Shown piece after piece: positions 25,990 to 39,150 of a stretch of DNA of 64,000 nucleotides. Position 1 is the first letter of the stretch. Each line of letters starts with the position of its first letter. Under the pieces are notes generated by a model. That model worked only from the letters and a program-made list of their open reading frames with translations, was not told the DNA's origin and searched no databases. This DNA comes from Harriotta raleighana (Eukaryota), in NCBI GenBank assembly GCA_050575255.1, contig JBNZDD010013714.1, forward strand, positions 6,189,478 through 6,253,477, written 5' to 3'. A program made the position numbers and the translations under genes.

Positions 25990-26150
25990 GCTCCCTTCAT
26001 GATTTTAAAACAATTTGCATCCTAATCTCCCCTTTTCTGGTCTTTTATTCCAGTGAGGACTGATTTTAGTTCCCATTGTATCTCTCACATCTTATTGATT
26101 TGTGAACCAGTAACATTTTTGTTGCTCTACTTTGAATCATTTCTTATACC
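25990..26150 (-). mobile_element. Old CR1 ORF2 fragment
   Basis: CCCTTCATGATTTTAAAA...CTAATCTCCCCTTTTCTGG...TTCCAGTGAG resembles the reverse complement of the CR1 region encoding SLE.RR.RGDL...FKIMKG. Confidence 0.55.
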
Positions 26151-27928
26151 TTGGGTTTGATTTTAAAAAAACAACAAACAACCTACTCACTCACAAAATA
26201 AATAAAATATTATTTATTATTGACATAAATTGAAACTTTTTAATTAACTAGTTGTTTGATGTAATGAAAGGCATAACGTTCATAGAAACGATTGAACTTC
26301 ATTATACCAAACCACAGGGTTAAACAGTATTAGTAAATAATTGGTTGCCTTCTCCTTTGGCATCTTAGAAAAAAGTTATGCTTTGCACAGCAATTGTAAT
26401 ATTTTCATCAGTGAGTAATTTTATTGTCAAGTAGGTGGTTATCTTTAACTGAACACAGTTTGGATTTCACGTGTTAAGTTACTAGAGTTGTGTTGTCTAT
26501 GGCCTAGATACTTGCAGCACAATTTTCCAGTGAATATCTGAATAGATTGTGTAATCATAACTTCTCGAAAGTTTCAAATTATATGGATTATTACACAGAC
26601 TCAGTAATAAGACTATATTTATTCTAGATGTATGCAAATATGCATAATTATTCAAGATCTACATCAACCAAGTGGGAGTGTGAAATTATTTTTTTCTGAA
26701 ATGTATTCATTCATTATAAGTTGTGATGACAGCTACTGACTAGTATTTCATGATTCTCTACTAAAAGTACGGAAGGAGCATATGTAAAGATATCCGTGTT
26801 GTTTTCTGATGAGACTGTAACACATTTAAGATTTAAGCCTTCTAGTTGTGCTTTATTTATGCAACAAAATTCCCATTGCAAAGTAGTTTATGTAATACTG
26901 TATCTATTCTCTTCCCTTTTCTTCTATTTTATATTATGATTTTGATGATCAGTATTGCTAATCAAGTAATGTTTGGTGCTTATGAAAGAAATGCCAAGTG
27001 CCATTTGTATTTCTAGTAGCTGATAAGATCTTCCCGGATAGAAATGGTTAATTGAATTTCCCATGCAATATGACTGCTTTACTTCATTTCAAAATTGCTT
27101 TGAAATAAGAAATAATTTAGCATTTGAAGCGCTCTCTCATTCCTATACATCGTCATGATTCTATACTTTAATAAGTAACATGACAAATTGACAAAACAAA
27201 TTCTATTGCGCAGTTCTAACAAAGGCTATGTGTGCATTTTCCGAAGTGTTAAAGATGTATTGTGCTCTGAGGCTGTGTTCACTTTCCACTTTTAGCTATT
27301 AGAGTTGTTTTGAACGCATTACTGTGAGTCACTGTCAGAACTGAATTGTTCTGTGTATCCATTAGTACAGTTATGGAAAGCTATGATCTGGATCATCTCC
27401 TTTTTTAGAGTTTAGGTCAAATATATTTCAAATAAAATGATTGGAAAACGAATCCATTTTTTCCTGCCCTGAGCATTTGTAGTTCTGAAATTATTGAAAG
27501 CAGAGAAGGCAGTGAATGTGGAGCAGACCTAAAGCACATATTATCTGGGACCAGGGCAGACAAAGGAGGTCTACATAATATTTGGGATTAAATTAATTAT
27601 AGCTCTGTTCACAGTTCCATCTCCAATTGGTTTAGCCTGCCTCCGCTCCGCATCTGATGGGAGGAAATGCTGATTTTCATGCTGAATGTCTCCCAAAAAA
27701 ACACCCTGAGAGATCAAGTACCCAGTGCTCTGTGATTATGAAAGGCTGTCACTGTACATTTGTTAGTCCACATCTTAAAGTTATTTCATGCATTTGAATT
27801 AAACCAGAATCCTGCTTCTGATGTTTGTACAGGGCAGCACATTTTCACGCTGCACTGCAACTTGCAGAAAGCAGTCCTATGTTTGTAATAGAGGAATTTG
27901 AAAGGACTTGGAATCACATAGTCTAAGC

Positions 27929-28435
27929 CAATGCTTGGCAACCTTTCACCTATTGTGGGCCGGAACTTGGCAGACGGATGTGATGTCATGGAGGAGGAAC
28001 TCGGCAGGAAATTCCAAAAGCCCAAAATGGCAGCTCCTCCTGAGACTGGCAATGGCCGCCGCTCGGGCCCCGAGACCTCGGCCCCAAGAACCTGGCCTGG
28101 CCTACAGCTACCGGCTGGTCCCTGGCCCTGTTTCTAGCTCTCGCAGCTCAGATCCCCGGGACCCCAGCCTCCATCTGGCTACCACCGGCCCCCATCCCCA
28201 GGAGACCAGCCCTGTGACTCCCTGCCACTGCCTGACTTACCTTTCATCCGTTGTCCTCAAGCTCGCTCGAGACTGCTCCCTCAGGGTTAGGGAACTCACC
28301 CGGACAGATGACGACTGAACATTCAGGCCCTTGCACTGCTTGCTAATACACTCGCCGCTCGTGTGGCAGTCTCATGGTGGGCCGGATGGAATCTCTTTGC
28401 GGGCCAGATGTGGCTCACGGGCCATAGGTTGCCTG
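27929..28435. mobile_element. Non-autonomous hAT (Charlie-type) DNA transposon with 8-bp TSD
   Basis: 5' end CAATGCTTGGCAACCT. 3' end GCGGGCCAGATGTGGCTCACGGGCCATAGGTTGCCTG. Flanks GTCTAAGC (27921-27928) and GTCTAACC (28436-28443). GC/CpG-rich interior. Confidence 0.85.
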
Positions 28436-28477
28436 GTCTAACCTAACATCCCAATGTGGTGCTGGAGATGTGCTGAC

Positions 28478-28730
28478 TTCAAAGATCCCATGGCACTATT
28501 CAAAAGAGGAAGTGCTCCTTCCTCTTTATGATCTCCTTATGTCCAAGCCAACAATCCCTCAAATAAAATTGATCACTCACTCCATGGCTGTTTGTGGTAC
28601 ATTGCAATGTGTAACTGGCTGCTGCATTTTGCTCACAAAATAGTCAATCCACTTTACAGTGTATTCTGAGAAACACTTTGTGACTTCCCAACATGATAAG
28701 GCACTATATGAAATGCAAGGATTATTTTTA
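28478..28730 (+). mobile_element. DeuSINE body and tail
   Basis: AAAGATCCCATGGCACTATTCAAAAGAG...GCTGTTTGTGGTACATTGC...GCACTATATGAAATGCAAGGATTATT. Confidence 0.8.
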
Positions 28731-31104
28731 GATTGAATAATGTTTTTTAAATAAAAGCTTGTTAATTCTAATGTCATTGCAGCCATGTTCTTTTGCAATG
28801 TAATGTCCCTTCCCAACTGGCCAAAGACAGTAATCCCTTCATCTTGTATGGTTTGTGTGTATGCCTTGAGGCATGCCTGGTCTTCTTCTGAAGGTGAGAA
28901 TTGGTGGATTGGCTGCTCTTGTAATTTCCATTTAATCCTTCTCTATAACCCTCCACTTTGTTTCTAATATTCAACATTTAAAGTTTTGTCAAAATTGTTT
29001 CCCTTTTTAAAAAAAAAATTAAACGGGGCAATGACAACATAAATTTTTTAACTTACTTTTTAAAAAAAAGATTATTGATGGTAAGATTCTATCTGCAAGG
29101 AAATGAAATGCACATTTCTATGAAGAGTTTGTCATCATAGAGAAACAATAACTGGTAAACGGATTATTTAGATTGCTTGCTGGTTAGAATGGGCTGCAGG
29201 GTAAGTTAAAGAGATAGCCGTGGGTAGCTGGTTCATCTGAAACTATCAATGCCATAAGCTTGTCATCCCAGAACATTCGCAAAATCATTTATTTATAACT
29301 CAAATCTATTGTTTTGACAGCAGGCAAATATAATTTAATAGTAATTGAGCTTGTTTCAATAGCTGCAGCTACAACACAAATAGATCATATCTTTTTTCCT
29401 CTTTTCCTTTGCTAAGTCTTGTACGCTTCTTCCATTAAATAAATTAAGTAAAACCTTAACAAATGGTTGAGGTGATGAAAAACTGCTGCAGTGACAGCAG
29501 GGGACACATTGAATGATCTCCTTATGTGCAACAGCATGAATGTTAGCACTGCCAGATGTACCCACACTGCCACTAGGTTGTCAGCTGTTGTGACATGTAA
29601 ACCCGATATCCCATGAGCCAGGTGCTGAGCAGCGACATCAGGACACACCTTGTAATGAACTGTGAAAAATATCACTTTGTCAAAGATTGAAACCATTGCT
29701 GTTGCGGAACTGAAGAGAAAAAAGGCAGCCCTTTGAGAATCTATAGAACAAGCTCCATTAAACTAATGGTTGGTAATATAGTAGTGTAGTGTTTGGTGCA
29801 TTCTGACTGTCAATGCATATACAAGCTGCTACTGATGTAATGATGAGTCATAACTTATCATTGAAACCAATTATTATCGGGCAGAACAAACTAAATCAGA
29901 CCATTGACAATTTTGCTCTATTTTTGTCTTGTGTGCAATTAAAATGTATTTGAAGTGGGGTATTAGTGCCTCATCTCTCAGAGAGATGCGATTACTTCAC
30001 AAATCTGCCGGATATATTCAGATTCAGATGCAGTAATGTCAAATCAATGACACGTTCCTTCAGTGCATCTGTACACAGTTAGTTTTGGAAATGCTCAAAC
30101 TCATTTCAAGTCAGACCCGTTGCAGACCGCAGAGAGAGGAAACTTAACATTTAGATCTGAAGTGAATCATCAGGGCCTTGTAGTGAAACAACAATATAAA
30201 AACCTACCATGCTCTGCATATTTTACACCAAATGTACAATTCTTAACTTGCCACTGTAAATATATAGGATTAAGTGTGATATAACATCTCTCAGGTCAGA
30301 AGGACATCACAGAGTGCTTTATACGATTTACGGTGATCTGTTGTGACTATTTTGTAGACAAATGAGCAAGAAATCACTGTAACTTGAAGGTAGTCGATGT
30401 GAAATAAAAAATAGGTTACTTTGATCTTCTGTAGCTTATAAATAAGGGACAATACTAGAGTGTTTTTGGCCTGCTGTTATAGCAAAAGCTCATTCTGTGT
30501 GTAGCAACTGTAAGTGTCATCCTTGTCCAAATAAAGAAAGGACATCCTATTTGAATTTAAAGTAATTAAAAATCAGTTTTTACCAAGTTCAGAGGGTAGC
30601 AGCTTAGTTGCATGTTTCACAATGCATTTACTGTTTCTAGTCCACATAGACGGTGACTCCAGTATACAAAGCATTTGAGTGATAAGTTCCCAGCCTTGTA
30701 GCCTGCCATGTGAAAAACAACTGATATTAATATAGCAAATGAGGCCCCACAATGCACGCTATTGCATTTTAAATCAAACTACTTTTCCTGTCTTATAAAA
30801 CACTTCATGTTGTTAAGCTTTTAAAAAAAATTATTATGATTTTTTATTTTATATAATATGCTATTGAATCATTGAATTCATGCTTGGTGGTAAATTAACA
30901 TGTGTAAAAGCTCTTTATTGTCCAGTAACTATAGGTAATTGCCTCATATTTATTGCTAAATGGTCAGACTGACTGAGGCAGGATATTTGCACCTTGATAT
31001 ATTAGTAGAAATGTGTTAGCGTTTGGGAGACTGTGGGAATTGCGGCGAGCTTGAACATGTTCATTCCATCACTGAGAGCCAGCTGTGTTTGAAGTTAGCT
31101 GAAT

Positions 31105-31300
31105 ATAATAATAATACTAATAATAATCTTTGCATTTGATATAGCACTTTTTACATCTTCTAGATGCCACAAAGCGTTTCATAGAATTTACTGTAAAGTG
31201 AATTGACTGTATATTTTTGGGCAAAACGCAGATGCCAATTGCGCACAGCAGTATCCCGCAAACAGTCGTGTATTGAAATGAGCAATTTTATTGTGTTTTT
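31105..31300 (-). mobile_element. DeuSINE 3' half
   Basis: (TAA)n tail, GCCAATTGCGCACAGCAGTATCCCGCAAACAGTCGTG. Confidence 0.85.
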
Positions 31301-31421
31301 TTATCTAGTGGATGCACATTTTCTCTTTCCAGCTCCAAGAAGCTTTTCGTGAAATTCTTGACTTAGTTTTGAGTGTGCCACACTCCACAGCACCAAACTG
31401 ATCATAACTTGACACAAATTT

Positions 31422-31786
31422 TAATAATAATAATCCTTGCATTGGATGTAACTCTTATCACATCATTGAGACGCCTCAAAACGCTTCATTGTAAAGTGGA
31501 TTGTCTGTATGTTTTGTGGGAGAAATATGGCAGCCAATTACACATAGCAGTGTCTCACAAACAGTCGTGGGTTGAGTCCCCCAATTTATTTTTTGGTTTT
31601 TGTTTGAGGCATTATTACTCCTGAAAGCGATCCACCAATCGACCAGCCAGGATTCCTACTTACCACTAGGTAAGCTGAGGCGAGTGGAGTAAAGAAACTT
31701 GCCTAAGGTTTCACTTCACCTCGGAATTGAACCCAAGTGCTCTCACATGTGAGGAAAGCATGCTAACCACCACTCTATGGGACTCC
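31422..31786 (-). mobile_element. Near full-length tRNA-headed DeuSINE
   Basis: Tail, Deu core, GGAGTAAAGAAACTTGCCTAAGG, GGAATTGAACCC (B box, reverse complement), GCTAACCAC...GGGACTCC. Confidence 0.88.
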
Positions 31787-34281
31787 ATTTTGTACTACAC
31801 TAATGCCCATGTACATTATACCGAGCTGCATAGTAATGCGAGCGTTTCTTGCAGATGCAATCGGGTATCAGTGGTTATATGATTCCACCATTTCTCAAAT
31901 AGAAACCACAGGTCTCCTCTCATCACTGTTAATTAGGTTCCAATTTCTGGAGTCTAAAAACATCTGAAGGAAAAGACCCTTAAAAGCTGCTTTATCAAAT
32001 GTAAGGACTACAGTATTATTAAAATACCAAAAAGATTCTTGCACCTGTAAAGCAGTATACGTTTGTAAAAAAAAATAATTGAGAAATGAATCCCACCATA
32101 ACTGACAGTTCAGGAGAACCAGCTGCTAACTGTCTGCTGGGTAATAATCTTTGTGAATTGTATTGACACATTGGGCTTTGCTGGGTCATAGTAGGTTGTG
32201 ATCAAAAAGTGTGGAAAAAGTTCTCATTATACTTTCCAGACATTAATTTCAGCATTTTTATACTTGTATCCTATTAAATACCTTAAGTGCTTTTTGATAA
32301 TTGTGCTTTGTAGTTTTACAGCACTCCAGTCTATTCCCAGTTCAATTTCCTCTCTTATCGGTTGTTTGAAATATTGATTTCTGACAGATGAAAGCAAACA
32401 ATATAATCTCATATGCACACTATAAGTGAGTACGTTGAGGTGAAGTAATGCATCAGGGAATGGTCATATTTGAAATGTTTTGTTTTATTACATTTTGTCA
32501 ACAGAATTTACATAATGCAGCAGTTATTTATGTAAAAAGCTACACTCTTGACAGCTAGCTGATATTACCTATTCCTGATATGCTTTTGCGTTTAGTAAGA
32601 TAAAAGAAGAACCCCCTAGGTGATTACAATGATTGCAACAGCTTAAATCGCTGTCGGCTGACTTCAAGCAACTGTGATTTATCTTCCTGAGCTGGTGGAG
32701 CTCCCTGTCAGTTAACCCTCAAAGTACCGTCTGCAAGGTTGGAGGCTTAAAGCCCATTTACTCTGAGAGATCAAATACAGTTCGGACAGTGTGAAATTAC
32801 CTGTCTGATGCATGCAGTCGCACGTCCAGCGTAACAGCAGGAGATGAAGAATAATTTAAATCAGAATGTTCTTAACGGTGTATCTAACACGCAGTTTAAT
32901 TTCAGTTGAACATGAAGTAAATGTATTTGTGCTTGACTGTGAAACCAGATCTATATACTCTGGTGTAAATGGGGCTTCAGGCATAACATCAGGTACCGAG
33001 TGTGGGGAACTGTACCTTCAAGTTTCATTCAGATGTGGGGATGGCAAAGTCCCAGCCTTTGAGATTATCATTTAGATTAGGTTTGGGACCATTTTCTTTG
33101 TAATGTCCGTTTCCACATTTATAACAAATAAGGAGATCAGAGTCCTGAATTCAGAGTGGCTGTAAGTATTATTTGCCATTGTAATATTTGATTTGGTAAC
33201 CCATTTCCTTTGTTCTTTGTGTCCAAAATATGACCATGATTATTTTCAATTTTTTATTGCAATTCTATTCATGAGTACTATTGAATTCCCTTTAAAACAA
33301 CAACAACAACCTTACCAGGAGAACGTGCCAAGGCATTTTAACAATGTTCATCGAGGACCTTGTATCATTCAAGACCTATTGAAAGGTGTAGTGGAAATGA
33401 GCCATAAACTAGTTGCACTACAGTGTTAATGCGGCAGGGATAAGAATTAAAGTGCTTCCAAAACCACCTCTTCAGCGGCCAAGCTCCTGTGCCATTCATT
33501 TTCAAATCGCACTAGTTAACCGTGCAATTTCATGCCAAATCATGTCAAAAAAGCAGTTTCGACAAGGTTGGGATTTATTCACAGAGCAAACTTGTTTGGC
33601 ACCTTATTGGTTAATTAGCCATTAACCTTGTTTTATAACCAGGATTAAATCTGAATATTCAGATATCTTTTTGGAACTGTCTTTCCTTTTGTAGTTGTCC
33701 TGTGGAGGGCTTTTCCCTTGAACTAGCTTTTTTTTTGCTCTGCATGTTTAATTTCAGATTTACAGCAAAATGTGGACTGCATAGACAGACACTATTGACT
33801 TTCTTTGACACGTGTAATCCTTTACTTCATTCCAGACACTACCACTGTACAATCAATCCTATGTACAATCAATCGTACGTACCATCAAATGCTTGGGAAC
33901 ACATTCCACTATTGGGGTGATGGTGGTCTAAATATTAAATTCTTACATCAATGCCATGGTTTATTTTCGTAATCAAATAAATTTAATCTTTGGCTTTAAA
34001 GGGATGTTGAATAGAATTTCCAAAAGATTTTAATCAGGCCCCCTTATGCATTCTTTAGTTTTTTTTATATAAAAATGCATCTCCTGAGCCTATTCCTCAG
34101 TTTGTTCCAAAGTAACGAACCTTAAATCCGTTTACGTGTACAAAGGCATAAATTACATTAGAAACTGTCAATTGTGATATTTGCACAACACACATGACTG
34201 AAATGGATTTCTAATTGTATTTAATACTGTGCTTTATCTTTCAAGTACTATTACAGCACTTTAAATAAAGCACTTTATAAT

Positions 34282-34395
34282 TCATAATAATTACTCTTGC
34301 ATTTGATATGGCACCTTTCGTTTTGAGAGGGCATCTCAAAGCACTTCACAGGATTTACTGCAAAATGCAATGACTGTATATTTTCTAGGCGAACA
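34282..34395 (-). mobile_element. SINE tail
   Basis: CTTGCATTTGATATGGCACCTTTC...CATCTCAAAGCACTTCACAGG...TGACTGTATA. Confidence 0.75.
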
Positions 34396-35024
34396 CCCTC
34401 AGGTAGTAAATGTACCTTGGTCTGGGTACCTCAGAACTGATACTCAAGAGGAATTATAGATTAACTTTGACAAGAGACTATGGGGAAGACATTTTGCACA
34501 TTGGAGCTTAAAATTCTTGTTAAAAAATTTATTTTTATAATGAAACATCTAAGCTAGGATTTGTCGCTGAATAGCCTACTGCTACCATTGGTGTGGTAAC
34601 GTTAAGGCACCAATCCTTTTTACTAAACGTCTTTCTAATATACAGTCAATGATTCTATTAGTGATCACAATTTTGACCTCCTATCACCTGGACTCCCTCA
34701 ATCTCCTAGCTGACCCCAGGTAAAACTGGGGATTACATACTCCCTAGATTGTGATTTTTCAGCCTTCCTTTGGATTTTACTAGAATGTAACCCACCAAGA
34801 AGCAACTGTTTTGTTGGTTGGCTGTTTGCACAGAGCTTAGCTCAGTTGTATCTCACTGGGAATTCCTTCCATCAGCGAATTCAGTGACAATACTAGCAAA
34901 GTTGAGAAGACTGGAGCTCCAATTGCCTTATCCTCATGGTTAGAGACTCAGCTGCAAAAATAAGACAAAAAAGGATGTGTAGTAAATTGAGACACATTAG
35001 GAAGAACTGCTATTCAGTTCCAAA

Positions 35025-35209
35025 TGCTGTGCGCAATTTGGCTGCCACATTTTCGCCCAAAAATATATAGTCAATTTTTCCTACTTTCCTTCCCTTAACC
35101 CCTCCCCCCTTGCTCTGATCCCTACTAGATTGTACAGCGCCTTGGGACGTCCTCCCAACATGAAAAGCGCTATATAAATATAATTTTGATTGATTTTTGA
35201 TTGATTGAA
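35025..35209 (+). mobile_element. Second copy of the Deu-core plus polypyrimidine plus (GATT)n 3' end family
   Basis: TGCTGTGCGCAATTTGGCTGCCAC...CCTACTTTCCTTCCC...GTACAGCGCCTTGGGACGTCCTCCCAACATGAAAAGCGCTATATAAAT...GATTGATTGAA. Confidence 0.85.
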
Positions 35210-37134
35210 CAGTCCTTTATGTATACAGCAGACTCTATGACTAATTTCATGCCCACAAAATTTAGCAATACATCTTACACGTTGGCTGCTAGCTTTGCCT
35301 ATATTCTCATCAATAAGCTTTAGCTGCATTATATCCCCTTTTAAAATAGTTTGTAGAAAATGTTAAGGACAAACTCTGATATAGTCAATGACACACATTG
35401 ATTTGGGTGCTTGTTTTCGAAACCTTACCATGCTTTCGATCAAGCATTTTAATCCGAAATTCTGGAAAAGGATTGCAGCAAACATTGTTTTCTTGCTATG
35501 CTGTTTCACGAGCTCCTGTTCAAGGCTTACTTATTACAAACAAAACTTTAAATGGTTTGTGCGGAGTAGATGCTGTATTCAGGAGAAGTGTAATACTGTA
35601 ATACATTTTTCTTGATGTCCCTAAAATTAATTTGTGTGAGCCACGAAAAGCTGAGCTACAACGATGGAAGAATGGCATTGAAAACATATTGTATATAAAG
35701 TGGACAATATATTTTTGTCAGGATGTCAGTTCAATGTAGATCAACTGTAGTTTCGAGATCTACAAATAACGCATTGTAATTATATGTGGGACAGGGTCAG
35801 CAATCAATAGACTGCAATATCTGCTCTCTGTCACTCACCTACCATCCAGTTCATGTGACGAAATTGCATCATTGTATTCAACAATGTTAAGTAATAGATA
35901 GCCAAAGAAACCAGCGAGGCATGGCATTGTATAGGTGCTCACAGATCACCTTAATTCAACTATTTTCATTGTATGTCTGATTTCATCAACACTTGGGTCT
36001 CGAGGGAATTGTGTCAGGGGAAAAAAATTACTTTTATTGTAATCTAATGATTAGTACTTACACTTCCCACCTCTATGATATGGTGTCAGATGTCACTGCT
36101 TCTCTGTGTCTGCCAGCTCGCTGCAGCAGATGGTGTCTTCATACAGCCGAGGTAGGGCAAGATGATTCTGAGTCTGTTACAGTGGATAGTGTTTTATCCA
36201 CATTGTCTGGATATCCTCTCTCCACTTGCCATCTCTATTGGAATCAATATAAGAGGGTTTAGTTTCTTTAATATACAGGGTCAATTTTGCTTATTGAATT
36301 TTGCATCATGAAGTTTATTTTCCATTTGTTCTGAAGTTGTGCAACAGTTTGAAGATGTTCAGAACCATATGTATCCTGTTTCAAAATATGATATTAATTT
36401 TACTTCAGGCTTTAGATGGCTTCACTTCACCAAGTGAGAAATATTGCGAATTTCAATAGCTATTTAATATGTGCCATACCCACCCTGAGTGACCTGCTGG
36501 TAACATGATGCATATGATTTGTTGCCATATATTAAAGGATCACAAAAGGTAATGCATAACCGCTCGGTGTCCACATACTGTAGCACTTAACCAAGGCCTG
36601 TTTATCTCCCAATTCCCAGTTCTTTCATTGGAAATAGAAAGGGTACAAATGAATTAGATATTGAACGGATAGATGATTAATATCTGCACATTCCCATCAT
36701 ATCATGCGCTTAATGTTAATCCCCAGTCAGATATCCGTGCACCATATAAGTGTTGCTTATTGATCCGTATATACCTATGACAGATTTATAGAATGAATTG
36801 ATGGCACAATGCATTTAATCCACATCCCCTGCATTGCAGATGTAAATTTGATATAAGAATAAAGATAACAAATTAAGTTAAACCACAAATTGTTTTAGGA
36901 TTCTGATACTTCATTACCACCTGCCCTTACTGGAGAAATAATCCCGGACCTGAATTTTCTCCTGATCTCAGCAGTAAGATCATTGTCTGACTATTTAGCC
37001 TAATGTAGTAGTGGAACAAACTTACTATCAATATTGATTCAGAAGCCGGTTTTCAAAAGAATTGTAGACAACTATGATGCAAAGAATAGTGTATCTGAAC
37101 AGAATCTGTAACCTGGTTACCATGTCACACCCCA

Positions 37135-37481
37135 TCTCCACTTGAACCAATAGTCCAGACTGATGTTCCAATCAGTGCTGGACTGTGCTACATTGTCCGA
37201 GTCTGCTATCCTTTGGATGAAATATTAAAGCGAGGCCCTATTTGCCTATTCCAGGAGATGTTAAAGTTCCCATGGCACAAATGTTTTACAAAAAAAAGGA
37301 GATTTTCTACCTGTATCCTGGCCGACAAAACTCCAGGTAAAATTAGTCGATGCTTGTGGTACATTGCTGAGCACAAATTAAATGCTGCATTCGCCTGTAA
37401 ACTACAGTCACTAACACTTTATAGTAATCGCATGTTTGAGACATCCTCCTGACATGAAAGGTTCTGTATCAAATGCAAGTA
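37135..37481 (+). mobile_element. Old DeuSINE (SacSINE1/AmnSINE1-like)
   Basis: TCCTTTGGATGAAATATTAAAGCGAGGCCC, GATGTTAAAGTTCCCATGGCAC, TTGTGGTACATTGCTG, tail. Confidence 0.8.
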
Positions 37482-37594
37482 TCGAGGCATTATTACCACC
37501 ATGGGGTACTGGATCTCAAACACTGTTTACAATCACATTTTTCAACAGCAATTTCACAAATCATTGTTGGTAATTTGCAAGGATGAGTTCAACT

Positions 37595-37720
37595 AATAAT
37601 AATAATCCTTGCACCTGGTACAGCACCTTATCACTTGTTAAAGACATCACAACACGCTTTGCATAATACACTGTATAGTAAATTACCTGTATACTTTGTG
37701 GGCAAAGAAGACAGTTCTTG
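37595..37720 (-). mobile_element. SINE tail
   Basis: ATAATAATAATCCTTGCAC...CTGTATACTTTGTGGGCAAA. Confidence 0.7.
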
Positions 37721-38814
37721 ATCCACACCAGTGTTGGGATCTCTGGATATGTGCATTTGTTTTTAAAAGAACCTATTAGTGTTGTTGCAGGAATAAACTG
37801 CAGTGTTGGTGAGCAATAAACTGGAGTATCTGGAAACTAGGTGCAGATCTTCTAATAAGAAAATGTGAAATGAAGAAACTGAGTAAGTATCAATCCTACA
37901 TTTATAGTAGTTTGCGTCTGATTTTATTCTGACACCTGAGCTACCTGTTGATTTGTATCTGCTGCAAAACCCAAATACTGAGACTTGCATGATTAGGAGG
38001 ACACATCAAAATTAGAAAGAAGACAGCCATTTTTATTCATATTGATATTTCAGTGACATAGTCTTGCACCTGGGTTCCTTTTTGATTACTAATGATCTTT
38101 TCAGACATGTAGATATTATGCAGCAGCAGCTATAGACATTATATTAAAACAGTGCTGTTTACTCCGTTGAAATTAACAAGGAAACTGCTGTAAAGGTTAG
38201 AAATTTGATATGCTTTCGGTAATTTTTTTTTCAGGTCATCAAAATGCCTAGAATAGAAACCTCTTCCACTTGTCATCCAGTATAAGTTTCCTCTTGCTTT
38301 GTCCCCCAAATAATCCTCTTGTAGCTCAGTAGAAGGATTTTTTCAGGTGATTTTGCCAAATGTAAAGTGGCCAAAGCTTCACTAAATGCTAAGTACTGGA
38401 TCGCTATTCAAGATATTCTACTCAAACACGTGACAAAAAGCTAAATTTAGACACTCTGATTAAGCCTGTCATCACATATAATTGTACATAGGTGATATTG
38501 AGGAGGCCTAAATCAGGCAAGCCAACCTGATGGACAGTGTATCCTTTCTACCTCTCTTCTGCCAGGGCAAAAATGCTTCAAATGATCTCAGTGCAAGAAA
38601 CAAGAAACATCATGACAACTCAGCCAAGGCAAAGATGAAATTACGCTTTTCCCTGAAACGTTGCTTTCAGTTTAGAGTAATATCCACCGATTTAAATATT
38701 TTCGGAATCTTAGAAAGATTTGGATATTTTAAGAGCCACAAATTATTTTTTGTGCTAATGGGGATAAATTGTTTCCCACAAGATACATTGGTCACTTTCT
38801 TCGGATTTAAAAAA

Positions 38815-39150
38815 AAAATGAAATTACACTTAACTAGTGCCTTATATGTCAGGAGAATGTCCCAAGATGCTGGATAGTCAATGTTTCAGACTCGAGCTGG
38901 GATCAAGATTGGGAAGAGTGGAGGGAAAGAAGGGAATTTTGGGTGACTGATGATACCGTTGAAGAGGAAGGTCTGTGAATGAGGCTGGGGAGGAAGTGAA
39001 GAGGAGGGACTGCGGGATGGAATTTCAGAGGTTAGAGGCAGAAGGCCCGCCTGCCGATGGTGGGGCAGGGTGACATGGAGCAGGCTGGAGTCCGCTGAGC
39101 GGAGGGAGCAGGCAGGTTGGCAGTGGGTTAGGATGGCTTGGATGTTGGGA
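38815..39150 (-). mobile_element. L2 LINE 3' end (ORF2 C-terminus plus UTR and tail)
   Basis: ORF 38886-39227 contains QPACSLRSADSSLLHV and TFLFN, which resemble L2 ORF2 C-terminal motifs. Tail GCATCTTGGGACATTCTCCTGACATATAAGGCAC. Confidence 0.85.

Noticed and set aside
36121-36138. CTCF site (GCAGCAGATGGTGT); also 45632-45646
   Set aside because: Several mismatches to the core, expected by chance in 64 kb.
9541-37720. CRISPR-like or regulatory recurring motif TGCAAGGATTATT
   Set aside because: These are dispersed, irregularly spaced retroposon tails in both orientations, not an array.
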